DNA from: Oligoflexales bacterium
GTDB lineage: Bacteria; Bdellovibrionota_B; Oligoflexia; Oligoflexales; JAPPIL01
Direction of reading: 5' to 3'
NCBI GenBank assembly: GCA_965215515.1
Contig: OZ244057.1
Coordinates: forward strand, 1,056,001 to 1,120,000
Length of the DNA stretch: 64,000 bases
Part shown: positions 50,717-61,000 of the stretch, in pieces
How positions within the stretch are numbered: the first letter of the stretch is position 1
Layout of the letters: each line of letters starts with the position of its first letter
Made by a program: the position numbers and the translations under genes
Notes under the pieces: model-generated
Databases searched by the model: none
What the model saw: only the letters and a program-made list of their open reading frames with translations
What the model was told of the DNA's origin: nothing

Positions 50717-51760
50717 GTGGCTGTTTTAAATCCTATTTTCAAAAAACGGTGGGAAAATTTTAAAAAGATAAGGCGAGGCTACTATTCACTCATAATTTTG
50801 GTCGTAACTTATTTAATTTCGCTGGGAGCAGAGTTGTGGGTTAACAACAAGCCGCTCGTAGTTTATTACAACGGGACGTATTACTATCCCGTATTTTTTT
50901 TCTACTCGGGCAAAACTTTTGGGGAGGACTACATCGCGGAAGCACAGTATAAAGAAATCCGTGAGCAGCCCGCCTTTCGGGATAAGGCCGCTAACGTCAT
51001 GCTGTTTCCTTTTATTCCTTACGGCTACAACGAATCGGATGACAACCTCGGAGCACCACCGCCGACAGTTCCCGACAGCAAACACTGGCTAGGCACAGAC
51101 GATCGCGGCCGTGATCTGTTGACGCGCTTGATCTATGGATATCGGGTGTCGCTGAGCTTTGCCTTGATAATTTTAGTGCTGAGCACCATCATCGGGGTAG
51201 CTATCGGCGCGGTGCAAGGCTATGTAGGGGGAGCGCTGGATCTCATCTGCCAGCGTGTTATCGAGGTAATTTCGGCCTTACCGTTCTTGTATCTGCTGAT
51301 CTTGCTGGCTTCGATTTTCGATCCTTCGATCACGTTGCTGGTCGTTGTTTTCTGCGCCTTCCGTTGGATTGGATTGTCGTACTTCATGCGGGCGGAGTTT
51401 TTGCGGGGGCGCAAAATAGAATACGTCGAGGCAGCGCGCTCGATCGGTGTTTCACGCACAGGAATTATGGCACGGCACATCCTGCCGAATACGATTACGC
51501 CGATCATTACCCTAGCACCGTTCTCTGTCGCCGCGTCGATCGGTTTGCTATCTTCCCTCGATTTTCTCGGTTTCGGTGTCCCCGCCCCGACCGCAAGCTG
51601 GGGTGAAATACTATCGCAGGCCCATGCCAACCTCACCTCCTACCACCTGTCGGTGTTTCCGCTGCTCTGTCTGTTCGGAACACTGTTATTGGTCAGCTTT
51701 GTCGGCGAAGCGGTGCGTGAAGCTTTCGATCCGAAAGCCTACTTCCGCTATCAGGGGTAG
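50717..51760 (+). CDS. yejE: Peptide ABC permease (YejE/OppC-like)
   Basis: HWLGTDDRGRD, RAEFLR.R..EYVEAAR, HILPN, LDFLGFG. Confidence 0.88.
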   Translation: MAVLNPIFKKRWENFKKIRRGYYSLIILVVTYLISLGAELWVNNKPLVVYYNGTYYYPVFFFYSGKTFGEDYIAEAQYKEIREQPAFRDKAANVMLFPFIPYGYNESDDNLGAPPPTVPDSKHWLGTDDRGRDLLTRLIYGYRVSLSFALIILVLSTIIGVAIGAVQGYVGGALDLICQRVIEVISALPFLYLLILLASIFDPSITLLVVVFCAFRWIGLSYFMRAEFLRGRKIEYVEAARSIGVSRTGIMARHILPNTITPIITLAPFSVAASIGLLSSLDFLGFGVPAPTASWGEILSQAHANLTSYHLSVFPLLCLFGTLLLVSFVGEAVREAFDPKAYFRYQG

Positions 51761-51797
51761 AACTTAGCCTGTGATGAAAATAGGGTGTGTGATGGTT

Positions 51798-53372
51798 CTA
51801 GTTTTTTTTCTTCAGCAGCGAAGGGTGAAAGTCAGCGCAGGGGGGTAAGTTCAGTGCGGTGAGCACCGAGGCGGCGACGTTGGCCAGCGTGGGATTAGAT
51901 AGCTCGCCCAGGCGGTAGTCTCGTGCATGCGGAGTGTAGAAGTAAAACGGCACGGCACTTAGCGTGTGGGAAGTTTTGGGCACTTGCTCGCCTTGTGTGT
52001 TTTGCTCATACATCTCGTCGCAGTTACCGTGATCAGCGGTGACGATGAGGTTAGTGTTATGTTGTTGACAGGCCTTGATAAGACGACCGAGCATCAGGTC
52101 GATGACATCGACCGCGACCACCGCCGCATTAAAATCACCGCTATGTCCGACCATATCCCCGTTGGCAAAATTTATCCGAGCAAAATCAAAACTATCCGTT
52201 TCCATCTCGGCAATAGTTGCCGTCGTGATTTCCAGTGCCTTCATCCAGGGGTGGCGATCAAAGTTTAAGTTTTTGTGGGAGGGAATACGCAGATACTTTT
52301 CTAACTGAGGGTCGAGATAGCCAGAGCGGTTGCCGTTCCAGAAGAAGGTAACATGTCCATATTTTTGGCTTTCGCTGCAAGCAAACTGCCGCACCTGGTG
52401 TGGCAGCAGGTAGCTGGTCAAGGTCTTGTCGATACGGGGTGGTGTTACCAGATAATGTTGTGGAATGCGGCGGTCGCCATCATATTCCATCATGCCTGCA
52501 AAAAAAACGTCGGGATATTTTGGGCGCGTAAATTTAGTAAATTTCTCGGACGTGAAAGCCTGTGCTACCTGCGTGGCACGATCGCCGCGAAAATTAAAAA
52601 AAATAACGCTGTCGCCGTCGGTAATCTTGTTGTGTGTGCCTTTGATTCGAAACGGCGGCAGGAATTGATCGTCGGTGTCTTGCTCCGCCCGTAGGGTAGC
52701 GAGACCTTCCGTCGCGGAGGCGAAAACACGCCCTTTACCAAGTACGTGCAGTTCCCAGCCGCGCTTGACGATTTCCCAATTCGCTTCGTAACGATCCATG
52801 GTAATCTGCATCCGCCCGCCACAGGAAGCTAGTTGCGCGTCGAAGTCGCCCAGTTGTTGTAGATGTTGTTGTAGACGGCTGACGTAGAGTTCTGCCGACT
52901 TGGCGGGCACGTCACGTCCGTCGAGAATAGCGTGCACACGGGCACGGGGCACGCCGTCCTGTTTTGCTTGGGTCAATAAGGCGTGCAGGTGGCGTTGATG
53001 GGCATGGACGTTGCCATCGGAGAGCAAGCCGATGAAGTGCAACGTGCCGCGGTGGGTGATGACATTCTTCACCGCCGACCGCCAGCTACGTCCCTTGTAC
53101 AGCGTCCCGTGTGCAATTGCGTTATCGACAAGCTTCGCCCCCTGATCGAACGTTCGCCCTGCCCCCAGCGTTGTGTGTCCCACCTCACTGTTGCCGAGAT
53201 CGTCCGCGGCGGGCAGGCCGATCCATGTGCCGTGTGCTTTCAGGGTCGTGAACAAGCCGTGTTGCCGCAAATAAGTAAGCGAAGGCGTGTGGGCCGCGTG
53301 CACTGCGTTGCCGTGCGTCTGCTCTCGGTGTCCCACACCGTCGAGAATTACCAGGAGAAGTTTCTCCGCCAT
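51798..53372 (-). CDS. gpmI: 2,3-bisphosphoglycerate-independent phosphoglycerate mutase
   Basis: ILDGVG, GNSEVGH, SDGNVH, NFRGDR, NGDMVGH, TADHGN. Confidence 0.96.
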   Translation of the reverse strand: MAEKLLLVILDGVGHREQTHGNAVHAAHTPSLTYLRQHGLFTTLKAHGTWIGLPAADDLGNSEVGHTTLGAGRTFDQGAKLVDNAIAHGTLYKGRSWRSAVKNVITHRGTLHFIGLLSDGNVHAHQRHLHALLTQAKQDGVPRARVHAILDGRDVPAKSAELYVSRLQQHLQQLGDFDAQLASCGGRMQITMDRYEANWEIVKRGWELHVLGKGRVFASATEGLATLRAEQDTDDQFLPPFRIKGTHNKITDGDSVIFFNFRGDRATQVAQAFTSEKFTKFTRPKYPDVFFAGMMEYDGDRRIPQHYLVTPPRIDKTLTSYLLPHQVRQFACSESQKYGHVTFFWNGNRSGYLDPQLEKYLRIPSHKNLNFDRHPWMKALEITTATIAEMETDSFDFARINFANGDMVGHSGDFNAAVVAVDVIDLMLGRLIKACQQHNTNLIVTADHGNCDEMYEQNTQGEQVPKTSHTLSAVPFYFYTPHARDYRLGELSNPTLANVAASVLTALNLPPCADFHPSLLKKKN

Positions 53373-53466
53373 CGCCTCACCCCCCGCCTGACTTTGTAAC
53401 ACGAAAGTATACGGAGCGCATCAGCAGATCCAGATGCTAGTGTAGATGCCCCCGTAAAAATGAGAA

Positions 53467-53486
53467 ATTTACTTGCGGAGCTCAGG
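53467..53486 (-). mobile_element. Solo IS/MITE terminal repeat overlapping the stop of the CBS-like gene
   Basis: Minus strand cctgagctccgcaagtaaat matches the consensus CCTGAGYYCCGCRRRTAAAT. Confidence 0.5.
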
Positions 53487-54437
53487 AGGAGCGAGGCCGT
53501 GTTTCTGCAACCATTCCGTGTCGAGAAACTTGCTCAGGTAATTGCGCACCCCGTCAGGCAAAATAATGACACAGTTTTGTCCCGCCTGCAGACGTTTGGC
53601 CTGACGCAAGGCCGCGGCCAGCGCTGAGCCACTTGAGCCGCCGACAAGCAAACCCTCGTCACGAATGAGCTGCGCCGCGAGAGTGAAAGCTTCCGCATCG
53701 GTAGTTTTTTCCCAGGCATCTATGTGCTGCTGCGAAAGCACCTGCGGGATGAAATCGTAACCGATACCCTCGACATGGTAGGGACAGACTTCTTCCCCTC
53801 CACCGAGAATCGAGCCGACAGGATCAACGCCCACGATAAACACATGCGGACAAGCCTCTTTCATGCACCGCGCGATGCCGCTGAGCGTACCTCCCGTACC
53901 CGCCCCCATTACCACCATATCAACCTTGCCATCGAGATCGGCAAGAATCTCCTGTGCGGTATACTCATAATGAGTGCGCGGGTTACTGGGGTTGCTGTAC
54001 TGATCGAGAATGTGCGCATCAGAACGTGCAGCTTCCAGCCTTTTAGCCACACCGATATGACTGTCAGGTGAAGCGGAAGGCTCTTCGGTAGGCGTGCGAA
54101 TAATCTCTGCACCGAGAGCCGCAAGAATAACCTGCTTCTCTCTACTCATTTTTTCAGGCATGGTGATAATAACCCGATAGCCACGCACCGCACCTACTAA
54201 GGCAAGACCAATACCCATGTTGCCACTGCTTGCCTCAATCAACGTATCGCCTGGCTTAATGCGCCCCTCCCGCTCGGCGGTAAGTACCATCTGCAAGGCA
54301 ATACGATCCTTTACCGAACCACCTGGATTCATAAATTCACACTTACCCAGTAACCGACAGGGTAAATCCTTACCCACGCGGCGTAGCTCCACCAAAGGGG
54401 TTTTGCCTATCGCAGCGAGAATAGAATCACACAACAT
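53469..54437 (-). CDS. PLP-dependent cystathionine beta-synthase / cysteine synthase family (catalytic core only)
   Basis: KCEFMNPGGSVKDR, SSGN.G, GTGGT, VEGIGYDFIP, LPDGVRNYLSKF. Confidence 0.92.
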   Translation of the reverse strand: MLCDSILAAIGKTPLVELRRVGKDLPCRLLGKCEFMNPGGSVKDRIALQMVLTAEREGRIKPGDTLIEASSGNMGIGLALVGAVRGYRVIITMPEKMSREKQVILAALGAEIIRTPTEEPSASPDSHIGVAKRLEAARSDAHILDQYSNPSNPRTHYEYTAQEILADLDGKVDMVVMGAGTGGTLSGIARCMKEACPHVFIVGVDPVGSILGGGEEVCPYHVEGIGYDFIPQVLSQQHIDAWEKTTDAEAFTLAAQLIRDEGLLVGGSSGSALAAALRQAKRLQAGQNCVIILPDGVRNYLSKFLDTEWLQKHGLAPPELRK

Positions 54438-54646
54438 ATTATTTCTTTCTGTAGTTACGCAGGCAAAGCCCCTGGTCACTCATCGCTTCCAAACCGCTTT
54501 GCTGCTGGTTGACGCTAGCCTTTGTATCTGTAAAAATAAGGGTAAGACCCCTTTTTCTACACGTTGTCACTATACCAAACTGTTATCGAATTTGAAACAC
54601 CCAGCGATGGGGTAGTAACGTAACGCAGAAACACTTGAGGTGCTAG

Positions 54647-55741
54647 GTGTTTGATATACTAGGCAAGTCAATCGTCGCTATTGATATTGGCTCATCTTCA
54701 GTAAAAATTGTTGAAGTAGGTGGCTTCCGCAAAACGGCAGTAAAAGGCTTCGGCTTAGAGGTTTTACCAGCCCACACTGTAGAAGACGGGACGATCCTTG
54801 ATGGGAGAACTCTTGAGACAACGATCAGAAATTTAATCAATAAACTTAAGATAACAACCTTCGGCAACAATGCAGGTATATCGGTCGGCGGCAGAACAGC
54901 CATTATTAAAGCAGTTAATCTGTCTAAACCACAAACCGACCCCGATTTTTATGAGTACCTCTACCACGAAGCTGAACAGCACTTGCAATACGATGTTTCC
55001 GAACTATACATTGACTGGGTAATACTACCTAACATCCGCGGCAATAAAGGCAGCTCTGTGTTGCTGGTAGGGGCGAAACGTGATGTTGTCGAAGAACACA
55101 GAAGCATAGTGCATAAAGTCGGTCTCAAAGTTTCTATCATAGACTGTGACGTACTAGCAGCTATCAATATTGTCGCTAGAAATGTTACAGAGCCAATGCG
55201 AGACCTTGTCGTAATTGTTGACGTTGGCTACTTATCGACACAAGTATCCTTACTTATCGATGGGAGCTTTGTTTTTACCAGAGAAGTTTCAGTCGGTGGG
55301 AACAGTTACTCAGTCAAAATGGCAGAACTGTTGGGACTTGATCTAGATGGTGCCGAAGCATTGAAAATTACTGTGAGTAGCGGTGATCGTGCCGCCCCTG
55401 AAGAGTGCGAAAATATTATCAATGAAATAAACGCTAGCTTCGTGTCTGAAATCAACGAAACTATCAGTTATTATTTTAGAAGCGGAGAAACAAATTTGGA
55501 TATAATGAAACCAGCAAAAGTCTGTCTCTTAGGGGGCGGCTCAAGGACTGCCGGTCTTGATGTCGCGCTGAAAGATGCTTTGCAGACATCTGTCGAACAT
55601 ATCGATCCTTTTCGAGGAGTCAGAGTCAACCGCGATGTCTCTGCTCCGCAGTTTATAGCAAAGCAAGGACATTTATTTGGCGTAGCTATGGGGCTTGCTG
55701 CGCGTAAACTTGACGATAAAGCCGCAAAGAAAGCCGCCTAA
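54647..55741 (+). CDS. pilM: Type IV pilus assembly protein PilM
   Basis: AIDIGSSSVKIVE, actin-like fold motifs, VAMGLA.R. Confidence 0.93.
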   Translation: MFDILGKSIVAIDIGSSSVKIVEVGGFRKTAVKGFGLEVLPAHTVEDGTILDGRTLETTIRNLINKLKITTFGNNAGISVGGRTAIIKAVNLSKPQTDPDFYEYLYHEAEQHLQYDVSELYIDWVILPNIRGNKGSSVLLVGAKRDVVEEHRSIVHKVGLKVSIIDCDVLAAINIVARNVTEPMRDLVVIVDVGYLSTQVSLLIDGSFVFTREVSVGGNSYSVKMAELLGLDLDGAEALKITVSSGDRAAPEECENIINEINASFVSEINETISYYFRSGETNLDIMKPAKVCLLGGGSRTAGLDVALKDALQTSVEHIDPFRGVRVNRDVSAPQFIAKQGHLFGVAMGLAARKLDDKAAKKAA

Positions 55742-55831
55742 GGCTATAAAAAATTGTTTAGGGTTCTTTATTTATTACAGTAGGTAACTATGTTGTTTTC
55801 ATTAAAACAGAACCTAAACACACCCTAGCTT

Positions 55832-56506
55832 ATGCTACGTGTTAACCTTGGCAGCAGTGGTGAAAGTGATGAGAAACACGTAAGTTACTGGTATCTCTTT
55901 GATTTAATTGTGTTAATCGTAGTAGTCCTAGCAGGATATTTGGGCATTCAACAGTATATGGTTATTGCTAAAGCTGGCATTGGGGTGATCGAAAGTGAGA
56001 CACGTAGTATTCGTGACAGTATTGCTAAGTTGCAACAGTCGATAGGCAGGTACGACACCATTGAATCAGACATAAAACAATTGAATAATAAGTTACAGGC
56101 AATAAAAGCAATCACAGTATCTGCTTTTGAAAAATACAAACTTATTATCGTTCTTGAACACTTGCAGATTCTGCAACCAAGTGGCGTGTGGTATAACTCA
56201 CTACAAGTTAAGGAAAACAATGTAAGCATAAAGGGGGCGGCGTTCAATAATATCTTAGTAGCAGAATTTCTGACCGCCTTGGAATCAACCAAAACACAAG
56301 AGGTTGATCCTGTTGATTTACGCACCTTCATTTACTTCGAATCCTCACGCTTACTTGGCACTACAGCTGCGCAAGTTTCGTTGGGCGGTGAAGGAGGGAA
56401 CATGAGTTCAGTTAATTTTGGTGTTGAAGTTGGATTTCAATCACAATCTTACGAGCAAGTTAAAGATGAAAATAGCAAAGAGCTGGCGGTAAGAGATGTT
56501 CGATGA
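55832..56506 (+). CDS. pilN: Type IV pilus assembly protein PilN
   Basis: RVNL N-terminus, TM, coiled coil, P.GVW, and operon position. Confidence 0.85.
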   Translation: MLRVNLGSSGESDEKHVSYWYLFDLIVLIVVVLAGYLGIQQYMVIAKAGIGVIESETRSIRDSIAKLQQSIGRYDTIESDIKQLNNKLQAIKAITVSAFEKYKLIIVLEHLQILQPSGVWYNSLQVKENNVSIKGAAFNNILVAEFLTALESTKTQEVDPVDLRTFIYFESSRLLGTTAAQVSLGGEGGNMSSVNFGVEVGFQSQSYEQVKDENSKELAVRDVR

Positions 56507-57080
56507 GGCTAAAGAAAATTACAAAGAGATGAACTATAAGAAAAGGGCAGTTATTATGATAGTAGTTGGCCTCCTCCCTGCCGCGTACATGTACTACGAT
56601 GAGGGCAGCACTTTGCAAAAAAAATTGGAGGAGGCTCAACAAGCCAAAGTAGCTGAACAAAAAAAATATCAGGTCGCAAAAAATAAGAAGGAAAACCTCC
56701 CTTTGCTGGAAGAAAAATTTAATAAAGTCACCGAGCAATTGCGTGAAGCGCAGGAAACACTACCCAATAAAATTTACATGGAAGATATTTTGCACACTAC
56801 GGCAAGCATTGCAAAAGAAACTGGGATAAGGTTTAAATCGTTCAAGCCAGGGTCAGAGACCGTGGTAAAAGGGGTATACCAGTACGCAGAAGTTCCTATT
56901 GCTCTCGATTTTACTGCTAAATACAGCCAGGTCATGACTTTCTTTGACAACATAGCTAACATGGAGAAAATAACGCACTTACGCAACATCACCTTGGGTG
57001 CGCAGCGGAAAAAAGGTGGGACAATTGGTGGTGTGTTAGTTGATACAAAGGCTGAACTGGTGGTGTTCAGGTCGCTATAA
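56496..57080 (+). CDS. pilO: Type IV pilus assembly protein PilO
   Basis: TM, coiled coil, LP, F.PG.E, YAEVPI, FFD.IA.M.KI. Confidence 0.9.
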   Translation: MFDEAKENYKEMNYKKRAVIMIVVGLLPAAYMYYDEGSTLQKKLEEAQQAKVAEQKKYQVAKNKKENLPLLEEKFNKVTEQLREAQETLPNKIYMEDILHTTASIAKETGIRFKSFKPGSETVVKGVYQYAEVPIALDFTAKYSQVMTFFDNIANMEKITHLRNITLGAQRKKGGTIGGVLVDTKAELVVFRSL

Positions 57081-57096
57081 ATGGAGTAGATTAGGG

Positions 57097-58002
57097 ATGC
57101 AGCTTGGATTGCCGATAAAAAAATACTGCTTTGTTGTGATAGGGTGCGCCATATTTTGTCCTTCATCTTCGTCTGCATCACCAGATTTCAGTCCGCAGTT
57201 TAGGTGGAATCAGGAGGGCATTACCGTCGCTGATAACCATGAGCAGACAAACACGCAAAACAACCAGGCTGTAGAGCAATCATCACCCCAAGAAAATAAA
57301 AATGCTGGTGCCGACAAAAGTGCTAGCACAGACAAAGATGCTAGTAGCGACAAGACAATTGAAATTTTGGAATCTAGCATCCAAATTGATGATATTATCG
57401 AGCCGTCTGCAAGTTATCGCTATTCATCTTTTAATAAACGAGATCCCTTCGCTTATCCAGATCGTGAAGAAATATTCGACGATGAGTTTGCCATAAGTAA
57501 ACTTCAACACCACGATGTATCATCTCTGAAATTGGTCGGCGTATGGCGCTTGTCAACGGGGATATCCAAAGCGCTCATTCTCACACCTGCCGGGGAAGGA
57601 GTGGTTGCGGTAATCGGTGATCCTATAGGCCAAAACAATGGTGAGGTTATGGAAATAGGCCGCAATAAAATAATCATCAGAGAATTCCTTATGACTACTG
57701 ACGGAACACGACAATTTAACGATATGGACATGTTTTTAGAAGATTATTTTGAGCCTTCCAGTGTTGGTGGTTTAGAAGTAATATCAGGTTCTGATAGTGA
57801 CACGCCTCTGGAAGAGGAGCTTAACAGATTGCTACGAGAGGAAGCCCCTTCCGCTGCCCAGCCAGCTCAGGCACCCGTGTCGGTGTCAGACGCACCCGCG
57901 ACCACGCTTAACACACCAGCCCCCGCTGCTACCGAGGTGCCAGCAAGCACTGACGCGCCCGTAAGTCCAGATGCACCTTCTCAATCACAGGGGGCACCGT
58001 GA
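57097..58002 (+). CDS. pilP: Type IV pilus assembly protein PilP (extended)
   Basis: KRDPF, LKLVGV, ALI, GD.IGQN.G. Low-complexity linker and an Ala/Pro tail. Confidence 0.85.
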   Translation: MQLGLPIKKYCFVVIGCAIFCPSSSSASPDFSPQFRWNQEGITVADNHEQTNTQNNQAVEQSSPQENKNAGADKSASTDKDASSDKTIEILESSIQIDDIIEPSASYRYSSFNKRDPFAYPDREEIFDDEFAISKLQHHDVSSLKLVGVWRLSTGISKALILTPAGEGVVAVIGDPIGQNNGEVMEIGRNKIIIREFLMTTDGTRQFNDMDMFLEDYFEPSSVGGLEVISGSDSDTPLEEELNRLLREEAPSAAQPAQAPVSVSDAPATTLNTPAPAATEVPASTDAPVSPDAPSQSQGAP

Positions 58003-61000
58003 AAAGTAAATTAACTTTTATTCTCGCGATCACTCTATTGCCATCATGCTCTGCCGCCCAAACAGAAGAAGATGCCGCATTGCAAAGCACAGTTGATGCC
58101 GCGATAATCAACGCACAAGATATCGACAGTGATGAGCAGGATGTTGACCAGCTTGTACAACAACAAGATTTTGATGAACAACAAGAAGAGAACAACATTG
58201 TAATAGAAAACAACCAAGACATAAGCGATGAGCAAGGCGCTATCGATGAGTTTGATGAAATAGTTGGACAACAGAATAACGATAATTTCAACCTCGAAGA
58301 AAACGAGTTCAATCAACAGGGTATTGCTCAGCAAGAAGATATTTTTGGACAACAGTTCCAGCAAAGTAACGAGCAAATGCTGCTTAACGAAGATATGCCC
58401 GAGGCACCAGCTGATGAACAGGCACTGGTTGAAGTTGACACGGAAGGGAGTGACACAGCTGTTGAAGTTGACACGGAAGGGAGTGACACAACAGCAAGCA
58501 CAGGAGTTGTGCATTGGATAGGTTACGTTTACAAAGCAGAAGAGACCTTAGTGAATATCGAAATTGTTACCAAGAACAATCCCAAGTTTGATATTTACCA
58601 GGAAATAAATCGTGCCAAGCAGAAAGAAATAGTTGTGCGTTACTATAACACAAGACTGCGAAAAAAAATGCAACGAGATATCGATGCCAGTGAGTTCAGA
58701 TCGCCTGTTGCCTATATCCGTACCCGTCAAGGCAAAGAAGAAGGAGTTGTCGAGGTAGTGCTAACGATAAGAGATGAGGTTGAAACTAAATACCTTGCAA
58801 AAGAAAACAGCTTGTTGCTTTCTTTTCCTATTCCTAAACGCTATTTTGGCAACGATGAGGTAGCTGTCGAGCCATCCGAACAGGCAATTGATCTGTCAAG
58901 TCCATTGATCATCGTGCAAATGGAGGACAGCAAGCCTCCTCGTCTCGGTAAAGTACTCGGCTATGTATTCAATCGAGAAGTTTTTAAGGAAGTCGATGTT
59001 GATAGCATGCAAACATTGCCTGCGGAGCCAATTTCTTTTGGCAATACTGTTGAGAACGCAGCAATAGAAGAGGACAGCAACAATACTACTCTAACCGCTG
59101 AGAACAGCATAAATAACACTAACGACGATAATTATGAGCAGCAAAATCAACAAGAAGATTTTCAAGAAAACTTCCAGGAAAACTTCCAAGAGAACGATAA
59201 TTATGAGCAGCAAAATCAACAAGAAAACTTCCAAGAAAACTTCCAAGAGAACCAACAGGAAAACTTCCAAGAGAACGATAATGAGGAAAGTGCAGCCTTC
59301 CATGAGGCAATTTTTCTGCATGTCGGTCAAGATGCAGCCGATGATTTCAGCACCCCTAACAGTTTATCAAACGACACCACTGATGCTGAGGGTCTTCCTG
59401 TAGAAACTAATAACGCCACACCACCTGATGCCGCGGTGAATGCCTTACCAGAAACAGGGCAGGTGACTGGTAACACCCAAGAGATGGGGCAAATAAATGC
59501 CAATAATATTAACAACAGTGTAGCTTCAGAAGAGGCTTTACTCGATGAAGACAGTTTGCTTGCACCTCTGCATGGGGTTGAAACGGTTGGGAAAGAAAGT
59601 GCTGAAGAAGATATCGCTGTTTCAGAGGCAAAGGCAGTGCGTATGGTATTTCGTGATGCACCATTGTCAGAGGTATTGCACGCCATAAGAGTTGAAACAG
59701 GCACTAATTTTATTTTTACCCCTAACATCGGCTCACGCAGAATTTTTCTCAATCTTTCTAATGTTCCTTGGGATGAAGCATTGCGAGCCCTGTTGGAAGT
59801 TAATAATCTGGGAATGGTTAAGATCGGTGATAATCTCGTGCGTATCGATACCTTATCCGCAATCGAAGCTTATAAAAAACAGGTGCAGAGTTTGCAAATT
59901 CAAGAGGGACGACTGCAGGCAACTAAGATAATGATTATTAAGCTTTCACATGCCAAAGCAGGAGAAATGCAAGGGATGATAAAAAACTTATTGGCTAAGG
60001 TGATCAGTGAAGATGAGCGCATAAGAGTTGAAGTTGATGGACGCACAAATTCACTGTTGATTGAAGCTCTGCCGCAGGATTTAGCCAAAATTCGTGTCTT
60101 AATCGATCGCCTCGATTATCGTGCCCCGCAGGTAAAAATCGCGTCACGTATTGTTGAAATTCTCGATAACACTGCCACAGGCTTTGGTATCAGCTGGTCA
60201 GGGCCGATCAATTATGATCAATCACGTGGGCTTGGTTTTGGCAGTTTGATCTTTCCCAATTTTGCCACGGCGAGCTTTGCCATCGACGGTGGTGGCGGAG
60301 GGTTAACAGGCGGTGATAATCATGGGGCTAGTTTTGGAGTGCATTTTGGCAGCCTTAACGATTCGGTGGCTTTGGATTTACGTTTGAACATGAGTGAAAT
60401 TCAAGGCAGAACAGAGACGTTACAAACTAACAACGTGATCGTGCAGGATGGTGGAACGGCAAGCATCTCAACAGGCACTAGCGATCATTTTATTTTGCAA
60501 GGAGGCGGTGATCAGGGTGGTTCCGTGCAGACAGTAAGCTATAATGTTAGTTTGAGTGTCTCACCCACTATTACTGCTGACAATTCGGTTGAAATGACTA
60601 TCAACATCAGTAGCAATACACCCACAACATCGGGTGCTGGACAAACATCTAGTTCTAATAGGTCAATCAACACTTCGCTGCTGCGGCAGAGTGGCGAAAC
60701 TCTTGCCATCGGTGGTCTCTATACAATGAATAAAACGAAGGGGCATGGTGGAGTTCCCCTTCTTTCTGCCATTCCTATCCTCGGTGCACTGTTCAGATCC
60801 TACAGCAAAGCTGAATCGCGGCGTGAGCTGCTCTTCCTTGTTACTCCGACTATTCTGCATTCTGGCAAGGCAGGTGATGATGACGATGATTTTGGCGAGC
60901 AGGGCAACACTAATTTTGGCAACAATATGCAGGCAAACAATCAATTCCAAGAAAGTAATCAGTTTCAAGAAGGTAACCAATTACAAGAAGAGCAAAATTT

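Noticed and set aside
55755..55820. Imperfect inverted repeat between pilM and pilN
   Set aside because: AT-rich arms with a long loop and no U-tract; too weak to call a terminator.
58428..59285. CRISPR-like repeats
   Set aside because: The repeats are tandem, in frame within pilQ, have no unique spacers, and no cas genes are present.
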